Source of the DNA: Gemmatimonadota bacterium
Lineage (GTDB): Bacteria; Gemmatimonadota; Gemmatimonadetes; Gemmatimonadales; GWC2-71-9
Direction of reading: 5' to 3'
DNA: 64,000 nt
Assembly: GCA_003169895.1 (NCBI GenBank)
Contig: PNAE01000007.1
Coordinates: 1,426,880-1,490,879 of the forward strand
The notes under the pieces were generated by a model. The model was not told the DNA's origin. It saw only the letters and a program-made list of their open reading frames with translations, and searched no databases. Below, piece by piece: positions 46,001-53,882 of this stretch. The position numbers and the translations under genes are program-made. Each line of letters opens with the position of its first letter. The first letter of the stretch is position 1.

Positions 46001-47614
46001 CTACGGTGCGTTCTCCTCCGCTCCTGGCGCGCTGGTCGGTTCGGGATTGACGTACTTGCGGGCGACCACGTCATCGAGCCACCAGGATGCGCCCGGCGGC
46101 ACGATAATCTTTCCGAACCCGACGTTACCGGATGCCAGCTCGGTCTGCCCCGACGCGGTGGTCTGCAGAGTGCCGTTGACGAACAGGTAAAAAGTGCTGC
46201 CGAACATCGCGGTGCCCACGCGATTCCATGTCCCAGCCGCGGGGGCGGCGCCAGCAGGCGCGGCCACCGTCGTGGGGATGCCGCCAACCGACTTTTCGAC
46301 GGTGAGACCGAACGGCGGCAGCAAGTAGAGTCGGGTGCCGTACCCATTTAGCCCGCCGTCTTCGCGAACAGCCTGTGCAATGTCGTAGCCGGTGGACGGA
46401 GTGTCCCGATACCACCACGCGTCGAAATACACGTTGTCGACATTGAGCGCCGGATTGGCTAGGAGAGTGCTGACGGCGCTGCTCTCGGCGGGATACCTGA
46501 GCGCGAAGGTACCAGCATGGGAAAGCGTGTTATCGATCGTCCAGAGTCCCAGGTGCGTCCACTTGCTGAGGTTGCCCGATTCGAAGTCGTCTGCAAACAG
46601 GAAGACGTTGGACTTGTTCGCCGGAGGATTCGTCGCCGCCGGGTTGCTGTAGTAGACGTAGTAATTGTTGTCGACACTGCTTGCGGTGATGGCGGGCACC
46701 GTCATGAACCAGATCGTGGTGGTCGCAGTGTTCCACGCTGACCCGGGGTCGAGCACTCGATCGAGTTCGACCCAGCTCGATCCGGTCCAGTAGACGACGC
46801 GCACATCGTTGCCGGAGGCGAGCGCCTTCCCCGCCGTCACCAGCGAAGCGTGGTCGAATTGCACCGCGACAGAATAGCCTGCGGGCGTGCCCGCCGTGGT
46901 GGTAGTTACGGTGATCTGCTGGCGCAGGTGCCAGGCGGCGTTCCAGGTGCTCTGCGTCACGGTCAGCAGCGCGCCACCGCTCTGGCCCTCGCTGGTCGCC
47001 GTGATGGTGCTGGTCCCGACGCCCACCGTGGTGATGACGCCACCGGTACTGACCGTGGCGACCGTGGTGGTCGACGATTGCCACGTCACCGTACGACCGA
47101 GCAGCACATTGCCGCTGGCATCCTTCAGCACCGCGGTGGCTTGGTCGCCGGCGGTACCAAGGGGGATCAACGGTGTGGCGAGCGTTACTGCAACGCTGCT
47201 CACCGGCGCTGCGGTGGCGGTCACGCTGACAATCAGGAAATCACCGGACGACACCGATCCACGCACGGCTTGCGTCCCGACCGTCGGGCCGAGGATCCAT
47301 GTCAGCGATGCGGATCCGTCCGTCGCGGTGGTGAGCGTGGTCGACGCAGCGCCACCGACCGTCCCCCCGCCTGCCGTGACAGTGACCGTGAAGGTCTTGC
47401 CGCTGGCGGGTTTGGAGCTGCCGTCACTCTCGTTCTCGGTGACGGTGAACGCGATCGGAATCGAAGCCCCCACCTGCGCGGTCGTCGGCGGGGCGGTCTT
47501 GATGGTCACCGTGTAGCCCAGGACAGTGACGGTCGTGCCGCCGCCAGAACTACTGCACCCGGCCACGAACATAAAGGCAAGGGCGAGGATCGCTGCCAGG
47601 GAGTTGCGACGCAT
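46001..47614 (-). CDS. lipoprotein with Ig-like (Big_2-type) repeats, DUF2341 and LamG/ConA-like C-terminal domain
   Basis: Lipobox LAFMFVAGC. It has Thr/Val-rich Ig-like repeats and a DUF2341-like WHLRQQITVTT...GYSVAVQFDHASLV...GNDVRVVYW. The C-terminus is jelly-roll-like (FADDFESGNLSKW...). Confidence 0.7.
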   Translation of the reverse strand: MRRNSLAAILALAFMFVAGCSSSGGGTTVTVLGYTVTIKTAPPTTAQVGASIPIAFTVTENESDGSSKPASGKTFTVTVTAGGGTVGGAASTTLTTATDGSASLTWILGPTVGTQAVRGSVSSGDFLIVSVTATAAPVSSVAVTLATPLIPLGTAGDQATAVLKDASGNVLLGRTVTWQSSTTTVATVSTGGVITTVGVGTSTITATSEGQSGGALLTVTQSTWNAAWHLRQQITVTTTTAGTPAGYSVAVQFDHASLVTAGKALASGNDVRVVYWTGSSWVELDRVLDPGSAWNTATTTIWFMTVPAITASSVDNNYYVYYSNPAATNPPANKSNVFLFADDFESGNLSKWTHLGLWTIDNTLSHAGTFALRYPAESSAVSTLLANPALNVDNVYFDAWWYRDTPSTGYDIAQAVREDGGLNGYGTRLYLLPPFGLTVEKSVGGIPTTVAAPAGAAPAAGTWNRVGTAMFGSTFYLFVNGTLQTTASGQTELASGNVGFGKIIVPPGASWWLDDVVARKYVNPEPTSAPGAEENAP

Positions 47615-47742
47615 GATGGGGTAGTCCGGGTGGAAGTGGCGATGGTCTTGGGGCCTCCCTCATGACCGTCGCTAAAGCCTAGAGACGAACGACCCGGGGT
47701 CACCGGCACGCCTGGTCTCCAGCCAATCGGGCGTGAGTTCGA

Positions 47743-47771
47743 TTGAAAACCCGGCACTCCCGTTCTAGTTT
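47743..47771 (+). promoter_or_regulatory. putative sigma70-type promoter (TTGAAA-N17-TAGTTT)
   Basis: TTGAAA at 47743-47748, an exact 17-nt spacer, then TAGTTT at 47766-47771, in an AT-richer patch. It lies about 45 nt upstream of the perfect Shine-Dalgarno of the 22-codon ORF. Confidence 0.3.
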
Positions 47772-47817
47772 TCTTGTGTTCGCCCGCTGTCCCACCTGAA
47801 ACTGAGGAGGTGATCCC

Positions 47818-47886
47818 TTGCCTAGCAGTTCTAGAACCACCGTCAGCCCGACCTGGGCAAACGGTCGCCACGTGGTGATCGCCTAA
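47818..47886 (+). CDS. candidate 22-codon sORF MPSSSRTTVSPTWANGRHVVIA
   Basis: GGAGGTGATC (47806-47815) is a 10-nt perfect complement of the 16S 3' tail. It sits 7 nt (counted from GGAGG) before a TTG. The ORF is followed by two hairpins and a T-tract. There is no comparative support. Confidence 0.25.
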   Translation: MPSSSRTTVSPTWANGRHVVIA

Positions 47887-47937
47887 GCCGTACGCCCGGC
47901 GTCAGCCGAGCGACCGTCTCGGGCTGACATGGTCTGC

Positions 47938-47979
47938 GCGCCGCTTCCGCCGTAACGGGGAAGCGGCGCGATCCATTTT
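47938..47979 (+). terminator. GC-rich hairpin with downstream T-tract
   Basis: GCGCCGCTTCC-N10-GGAAGCGGCGC forms an 11-bp perfect stem, followed by GATCCATTTTG. It is preceded by a second imperfect hairpin at 47901-47928. It could also serve the minus-strand kinase ending at 48047. Confidence 0.4.
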
Positions 47980-48046
47980 GCGGCGACTTCTTCTGCTTGC
48001 CGAACATGCGTGCTGCCAGCAGCGGGGCGGTGCGCGGCGTCAGACG

Positions 48047-50299
48047 TCAGTGCAATCCGATCTTCCGCACCATGTCGGCGAAGCGCGGATCGGAACGGAG
48101 CGGCCCATAGGCCGGATCCAGATGCAGGTAGATCAACCCGGCCGAGTGCGCGTCCAGCGCCTGCTGGAGACAATCGAAGGCTTTCTCCAGGTCGCCGAGC
48201 GCGGCGAAGCCCATCGCCAGTACCTCGGCACGGAGGTACTCGGTCTTCGCCTGCTGTTCCAGCCGCGCCATGATCGCGGTGGCATCTTCCAACTCGCCCA
48301 GCACCACCAGGGGACGGACGATCATGGCGTCATAGGATCGCACTGCCGCGCTCAGGGATTGCCCGCGACGGAACGCTTTCAGCGACTCCTCGGTGCGGCC
48401 CCGCGCCAGCTCCGCCGCGCCGATATCGAGGTACGCCTGGAAGTAATTGGGCTCGATCTCCAGCGTCTTCTGGCTCTGTTCGATCGCGGCCTCGTACCGC
48501 TCCGCATAGAGGAGGAAGCGCCCCAGCCACCGGCTGAAGTGCGCCGACAGCGGGTCGAGCACCAGCGCCTTGCGCATCTCGTCAATGCCCTCGACGAGGC
48601 GTCCGACCGCCGGCAGGGTGCTGCCATAGACGAAATGCGCCTCGGCGTAGTTCGGATTGTACTCCACGGCTTTGGCCAGCGCGTTCGAGGCGCCCTCGAA
48701 TTCCCACTCGTACCAGCAGAGGACCTTGCCGATCGAGGTGTGGGCCTCACCCAGCGTGGGTTCCAGCTGGATTGCCCGGATCGCGGCCGATTTGGCGCGA
48801 GGATAGGCCTCCTCTGGCGCGACCCAGTCGTCGGCGAGATTGCTCCAGCAGTCGGCGATTCCCGAGTAGGCCCGCGCGTAGCCGGGGTCGGCATCGAGCG
48901 CCTGCTCGAACAGCCCCAGCGCTTTGCGGAGGTCATGTTCTGCCAGGCGGTTGACGAAGAATCGTCCTTTGAGGTAGAGCGTGTAGGCTTCGAGGTTTTC
49001 CGTCGTCGGCTTAACTAGTGCCTGTGCCTGCTCGCCCATCAGCCGCACCTTCAGGGCATCGACAATGGCTCGCGAGATTTCATCCTGGATGGCGAACACG
49101 TCCTCCAGTTGTCGATCGTAGGATTCGGACCAGAGCTGGTAGCCGTTCGCGACGTTCACCAGCTGGGCGGTAATCCGGATCCGATTACCAATTTTCCGGA
49201 CGCTGCCTTCCAGCACCGAGGAGACGCCGAGCTTGGCCCCGATCTGCTGAATGTCCACCGCCTTGTTCTTGAAGGCGAAGGAGGACGTGCGCGAGGCGAC
49301 CTGGAGATCAGGAATTTTCGCGAGCGCGTTGATGATCTCCTCCGTCATCCCATCGCTGAAGTATTCGTTCTCCGGATCGGCGCTCATGTTGGTCAGCGGG
49401 AGCACGACGATCGACTTCTCGGGCGGCGCCGCAGCGGCGCGGGGCGATCCGGTCGGCGTGTGGCTGTCACGCTGGATTTGGAGCAGCGCCTCGGCAAACT
49501 CGCCGGCGGAATGAAATCGATCCACGGGCGTCCGGGCCAGCGAGCGCGTCACGGCCTGATCGAGCTGCTCCGGGACGTCGCGCATGGCGCGCACGTGCGG
49601 CACGGGAGCAATGAACCGCTTGGTGATGATGGCCTGGGCGTTGGGACCGGTGTACGGCTGCTCGCCGGTGAGCATCTCATACAGCACGCAGCCCAGGCTG
49701 TAGAGATCACTGCGGCCGTCCACCGCGGAGTCGGCGGACGCCTGCTCCGGACTCATGTACGCCGGCGTGCCCAGGGCGAACCCGGTCTGCGTGACGGACC
49801 CGCCCGCGGTGCTCAACGCCTTCCCGATGCCGAAGTCGGCCACGAGCGCCGCGTCGTCGTGCATCAGGATATTCTCGGGTTTCACATCCCGGTGGATGAC
49901 ACCCTGCCGGTGAGCGTAATCGAGAGCGGAGGCCACCTCGCACGTGATGCGTAACGCCTCATCCAGCGGGAGCATCTTTTCCTGCGCCATCCGGTCCCGG
50001 AGGGACTTCCCCTCCATGTTCGGCATCACATAGAAGAGCAGGCCTTCGGACTCGCCGGAGTCGAACACGGGCAGGATATGCGGGTGGGTGAGCCGTGCCG
50101 CGAGCTTGATCTCTCGCAGGAAACGGTCCGGACCAATTTCGCTGCCAAGCTCGGGGCGGAGCACTTTGAGGGCGACGGGCCGGTCGTGGCGCAGGTCGTG
50201 GGCCAGGAAGACGACCGCCATCCCGCCCTCACCCAGTTGCCGGTCGATGACATAGCGCCCGGCGAGGCCGCGGTTGAGACGCTCCTGCAGATCAGTCAT
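48047..50299 (-). CDS. Ser/Thr protein kinase with TolB-N-like domain and TPR repeats
   Basis: GEGGMAVVFLA, VALKVL, HRDVKPENILM, DFGIG, SPEQ; IVVLPLTNMSADPENEYFSDGMTEEI; C-terminal TPR repeats. Confidence 0.9.
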   Translation of the reverse strand: MTDLQERLNRGLAGRYVIDRQLGEGGMAVVFLAHDLRHDRPVALKVLRPELGSEIGPDRFLREIKLAARLTHPHILPVFDSGESEGLLFYVMPNMEGKSLRDRMAQEKMLPLDEALRITCEVASALDYAHRQGVIHRDVKPENILMHDDAALVADFGIGKALSTAGGSVTQTGFALGTPAYMSPEQASADSAVDGRSDLYSLGCVLYEMLTGEQPYTGPNAQAIITKRFIAPVPHVRAMRDVPEQLDQAVTRSLARTPVDRFHSAGEFAEALLQIQRDSHTPTGSPRAAAAPPEKSIVVLPLTNMSADPENEYFSDGMTEEIINALAKIPDLQVASRTSSFAFKNKAVDIQQIGAKLGVSSVLEGSVRKIGNRIRITAQLVNVANGYQLWSESYDRQLEDVFAIQDEISRAIVDALKVRLMGEQAQALVKPTTENLEAYTLYLKGRFFVNRLAEHDLRKALGLFEQALDADPGYARAYSGIADCWSNLADDWVAPEEAYPRAKSAAIRAIQLEPTLGEAHTSIGKVLCWYEWEFEGASNALAKAVEYNPNYAEAHFVYGSTLPAVGRLVEGIDEMRKALVLDPLSAHFSRWLGRFLLYAERYEAAIEQSQKTLEIEPNYFQAYLDIGAAELARGRTEESLKAFRRGQSLSAAVRSYDAMIVRPLVVLGELEDATAIMARLEQQAKTEYLRAEVLAMGFAALGDLEKAFDCLQQALDAHSAGLIYLHLDPAYGPLRSDPRFADMVRKIGLH

Positions 50300-50353
50300 G
50301 GGCAGAGAAGATGGCTCCGGACGGAGGGGAGTGCCAGTAAGCGAAGCACTCGT

Positions 50354-53014
50354 TCACTGCTTCAGCCCCTTGACGCTCGCGACCCAGATATCGCTCTGGA
50401 AATCACTCAACGTGAAGTAAAGCCAGCCGCCATACTCGGCGATGCCATTGGACGCGGTGCTGTGCGGTCGCGATGGCTCATCGAACCGCAACACGTCGCG
50501 CCACTCGCCGTCGGCGAGGCGCATGGCACCAACCAGGGCGCGCGGCTGGCCGGCGACATTGCGTTGGGCGAAAAAGTACAACGACTGTCCGTCACTTGAT
50601 CGCGCGCCCATGGTGTTCAGTGCAAGCGCCGTATCGAGGACGCGCGAAGGGATCTGCGGCCGGAACGCACTGCCAGCCACCGGCCATGCGCCGAGGTGCC
50701 CGGTCGAATCGTCGCCGAGAAGTGCCGTCCCCTCGTCGGTCCAGGTCATGAACGCGTCGCCACCGGGGGTTTGGACGGTGAGCGGCGGACCCCACTTGTC
50801 TTGTGCGTCCCGGGTGGCCACCTGTATGTAGCCGCGCACACCCTGAGCAACCAACCACGCGATGCGATGGCCATCCGGTGACCAGCTGACATTGCGCTCA
50901 TCCGGCGCGGCGCCTGGTGATAGCTGGGTCGACCTCCCGCCATCGATTGGTACGCTGAAGATCCGCCGGAGCCCTTTCACAATGGCGTGGTACGCCACCT
51001 CCTTGCCATCGGGCGAGATCGCTGGCTTGAAGGAGGGATTGGAGTCATGCGTGAGCTGCTGCACCGGACCGCCACCAAGTGGCATCCGGAAGATCTGCAT
51101 TACTCCCTGGCGGTTGGAATCGAAGACCAGCCACTTGCCATCGTGCGAGACGTCGAGGCCCTCGATGGTCTGGAGGTCATTCGTCACCGGCAACGCACCC
51201 TGCGTCGAGATAGCCCCGCTTTTCGGGATCGCGACCTTCCAGATGTTCGCATGATACGTCGCGACCGAATACGCCAACTGGGTCCCATCGGCTGAAAGCG
51301 ATATCAGCGACGGATTGAGTCCGGTGGTGACGCGCACCGGCTCGCCGTTCGGATGCCCTGAGCTGTTGACATTGATCTGATAGACATCGCGCACCCCGGC
51401 AAGCACCGATACGATAAGCAGGCGACGGGAGTCCGGCGCCCAGGTCGGGCTCAGGCTCATGCCGCCGGCGGGCGTCAATTGGATTGGCGTGCCGCCCGCA
51501 GATGAAACGAGCCAGACGCTGCTCGGCGCAATGTTGTAGGTACGGAAGTACGGAGAATTGCCCGAGACAAAAGCGATCCATTTTCCATCAGGCGACCACA
51601 CGGGCGAATGCGGGTCGAGTGCTGACGTCACAAACCGCGGTGTCCCGCCATTCGCGTCGCCAACGAACAGTGAATCGCGAATGAAGAAGGCCACCTGCTT
51701 GCCATCTGGCGACCATGATCCGAAGAACGCTTGCGGATCGATCGTCGTCCCCTGGCCACCGAGGGCCGGCTGGCTGACGAGCCCCCGGGCACCCCACACC
51801 AGCAACCGATCACCGGCTGGCGACCACGCCCTCGGGACGATGCCACCGGCGATCTGCACTGCGTCACCGCCATCGGTCCGACGAAACTCGACGTGGGGCG
51901 CACGATCGGAGGGGCCGAAGGCCCGGTAGGCAACCGACTTTCCATCGGGCGAAATGGCAGGGAATTCTTCGGTACCTGCCGCGCGCGTGAGCTGGGTGTT
52001 TGACGTGATCACCGCCGCAGCCGGCGGACGGTTCGTCAGCCAGAGCACCAATGCAGCGCACGCAACGACGCCTGCACCCGCAAGTATGAACTTCGGCCAT
52101 GGACTTGCTGAGCGAATTGCAGCCACCGGCCGCGTCTCCGTCGGTGTCAATCCCCCGCTCGGCGTCGCGAGCGGTTCCAGTGCCGCATGCAGCTCGGCCG
52201 CGGTTTGGAACCGATCAGCCGGTCGCTTCGCGAGGCAACGCATCACGACCGCCTCGATCGCCGGCGGAATTGCCGGACGGCGCTTCGACACCGAGTCGGG
52301 CGCCTCAGTCACGTGCGCGGCAAGGACCTGTTGCGGCGTACTTCCCGTGAAGGGCGGTCGACCGCTGAGCATCTCATACGCCATCACGCCAACAGAGTAG
52401 ATGTCGGAGCGATGGTCGACATGCGGATCGGCGGCGGCCTGTTCCGGTGACATGTACGTTGGCGTGCCCACAGCAACGCCGAGCGTGGTGATCGTGTTAC
52501 GGCCCGTGGCTTCGCTGATCGCCTTCGCCAGGCCGAAATCGGTCACCAGCGCGTGGCGACCCGAGAGCATCACATTGTCTGGCTTGATGTCGCGATGCAC
52601 GACGCCGTGCGCGTGCGCCTCGACGAGCGCGTCGGCCACCTCCGTCAACAGTCGCACCGCTTCGTGGACCGGTAGTTCCCCCTCGCGGGCGAGGCGTTCG
52701 CGAAGGGATTGCCCCTTGATATACGGCATGACGAAAAAGAGGAATCCGTCGGCTTCACCGGAATCGAGCAGCGGCAGGATGTGGGGATGCTGCAGCTGTG
52801 CCGCGATCTTGATCTCGCGGAGGAATCGCCCCGCCCCGAGGGAGGCGGAAAGATCCTCGCGGAGCACCTTGATCGCCACCTCGCGCTCGTGCTTGATGTC
52901 GTGCGCGAGATAGACCGTGGCCATGCCGCCCTGACCGAGCTCGCGCTCGATGCGGTAGCGGTCGGACAAAGCGGCGGTGAGCCTGGTCCTGATGTCAGAC
53001 ACCGACCACCTCAA
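50354..53014 (-). CDS. Ser/Thr protein kinase with PD40/TolB-like beta-propeller repeats
   Basis: [27 protein letters not shown], a TM helix, and blades (SWSPDGKQVAF, VWSPDGKWIAF, SWSPDGHRIAW). The start is TTG at 53014 or the homologous GTG at 53002. Both overlap the vapC 3' end. Confidence 0.9.
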   Translation of the reverse strand: MRWSVSDIRTRLTAALSDRYRIERELGQGGMATVYLAHDIKHEREVAIKVLREDLSASLGAGRFLREIKIAAQLQHPHILPLLDSGEADGFLFFVMPYIKGQSLRERLAREGELPVHEAVRLLTEVADALVEAHAHGVVHRDIKPDNVMLSGRHALVTDFGLAKAISEATGRNTITTLGVAVGTPTYMSPEQAAADPHVDHRSDIYSVGVMAYEMLSGRPPFTGSTPQQVLAAHVTEAPDSVSKRRPAIPPAIEAVVMRCLAKRPADRFQTAAELHAALEPLATPSGGLTPTETRPVAAIRSASPWPKFILAGAGVVACAALVLWLTNRPPAAAVITSNTQLTRAAGTEEFPAISPDGKSVAYRAFGPSDRAPHVEFRRTDGGDAVQIAGGIVPRAWSPAGDRLLVWGARGLVSQPALGGQGTTIDPQAFFGSWSPDGKQVAFFIRDSLFVGDANGGTPRFVTSALDPHSPVWSPDGKWIAFVSGNSPYFRTYNIAPSSVWLVSSAGGTPIQLTPAGGMSLSPTWAPDSRRLLIVSVLAGVRDVYQINVNSSGHPNGEPVRVTTGLNPSLISLSADGTQLAYSVATYHANIWKVAIPKSGAISTQGALPVTNDLQTIEGLDVSHDGKWLVFDSNRQGVMQIFRMPLGGGPVQQLTHDSNPSFKPAISPDGKEVAYHAIVKGLRRIFSVPIDGGRSTQLSPGAAPDERNVSWSPDGHRIAWLVAQGVRGYIQVATRDAQDKWGPPLTVQTPGGDAFMTWTDEGTALLGDDSTGHLGAWPVAGSAFRPQIPSRVLDTALALNTMGARSSDGQSLYFFAQRNVAGQPRALVGAMRLADGEWRDVLRFDEPSRPHSTASNGIAEYGGWLYFTLSDFQSDIWVASVKGLKQ

Positions 53015-53411
53015 GCCCCCTGGCTCGTGCGGCGATCGCTAGTGATTTGTCGTGGGTCGCCATCGTTAACGTGACCTCCCGGGCGTCGCGCCACGCGATC
53101 GCCGTGGAAAGGTGAATGGCGTCGAGTGTGCCGAGGGGCGTGGGGAAGGGCTCGGGCGCGCGACGCAACACGGCACCGCTGATGTCGACCACCTCGACCT
53201 CCTCGAGCAATCGGTAGCATGCCATGCGCCGGTCGGCGACCTCCTGCGGGGAGAGCGAGCCGGTTCGTGCCATCCGGTCAAGGGTACGCAAGCATTCGAC
53301 CTCGGTGAGCGCACTCGTGACCGCTCCAGAATACTGCTGGCGCTTCACCAGCGGTTTCGGCTCGCCAAGGACGAGGCGCAGCACGATCGACGCGTCCAGA
53401 TAGATGATCAT
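52995..53411 (-). CDS. vapC: PIN-domain ribonuclease toxin VapC
   Basis: MIIYLDASIVLRLVLGE (first acidic residue), ...TSALTEVEC..., ...LGTLDAIHLSTA..., ...ATHDKSLAIAARARG. This is the typical PIN acidic quartet spacing in 139 aa. Confidence 0.8.
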   Translation of the reverse strand: MIIYLDASIVLRLVLGEPKPLVKRQQYSGAVTSALTEVECLRTLDRMARTGSLSPQEVADRRMACYRLLEEVEVVDISGAVLRRAPEPFPTPLGTLDAIHLSTAIAWRDAREVTLTMATHDKSLAIAARARGLEVVGV

Positions 53412-53573
53412 CGCGTCGACTGGCGTTCCTCGAGCAGCGAGGCCAGGCTGTCGACCCGGTGTCTGGTCATGTCGGGCAAGCGCCCAAGTCATTGCTTCAG
53501 CCTTGCCCGTCTTGATCTCGGCGAGGAAGCGGTCGGCAATGCAGCGGTGAGCCGGGCCCGGCGTATCAATCAC
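53408..53573 (-). pseudogene. possible disrupted VapB/Phd-type antitoxin
   Basis: The upstream part (GTG 53573: IDTPGPAHRCIADRFLAEIKTGKAEAMT) is in the same frame as vapC, with no stop between them. A second frame gives MTRHRVDSLASLLEERQSTR*, whose TGA overlaps the vapC ATG (ATGA). The two pieces look like one antitoxin split by a frameshift. Confidence 0.25.
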
Positions 53574-53722
53574 GCGGTGTCCTCGTCGTGCGGAATGTGC
53601 GATGTGTATTGGGAAGCCCAAAGGTACCATCGCCGGGGGATTGCGCCATCGAAAAGGCGCCAGGCGCGTGACCTCGTATGCTCGCTTATTCTCTGCCACA
53701 CCCTGTGGCCTTCCCGCCACTC

Positions 53723-53751
53723 TTGCGCCCGGCTCCAACGACCTGCATCAT
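53723..53751 (+). promoter_or_regulatory. putative sigma70-type promoter of the P3-amidohydrolase cassette (TTGCGC-N17-CATCAT)
   Basis: CCACTCTTGCGC-ccggctccaacgacctg-CATCAT. It is homologous position-for-position to the element upstream of P2 (21198-21226, minus strand). Confidence 0.4.
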
Positions 53752-53782
53752 ATTGATAGGCAGGATTCTCTCAGGAGGCAGT

Positions 53783-53881
53783 ATGAAGAAAGAGTTCGTT
53801 GCCCCGACGATCCGGGAAGAGGCGACCCTGAGTCAGTTGACCCTGAGGCAGGGCCTCTCGGGAAGCAACGACGAACTTTAA
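53783..53881 (+). CDS. 32-aa peptide P3 with lasso-type leader: MKKEFVAPTIREEATLSQLTL-RQGLSGSNDEL
   Basis: AGGAGG lies 4 nt before the ATG. The leader is conserved with P1 and P2. The TAA (53879-53881) is followed after 1 nt by the TTG start of the amidohydrolase (53883). Confidence 0.6.
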   Translation: MKKEFVAPTIREEATLSQLTLRQGLSGSNDEL

Positions 53882-53882
53882 G

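Noticed and set aside
47806-47816. GGATCACCTCC on the minus strand as a remnant of a 16S rRNA 3' end, prompted by the tRNA-Ile remnants that normally follow 16S.
   Set aside because: The flanking minus-strand sequence shows no resemblance to the conserved 16S terminus (..GTAACAAGGTAGCCGTA..GGTGCGGCTGGATCACCTCC). It is far from, and on the opposite strand to, the tRNA-Ile fragments.
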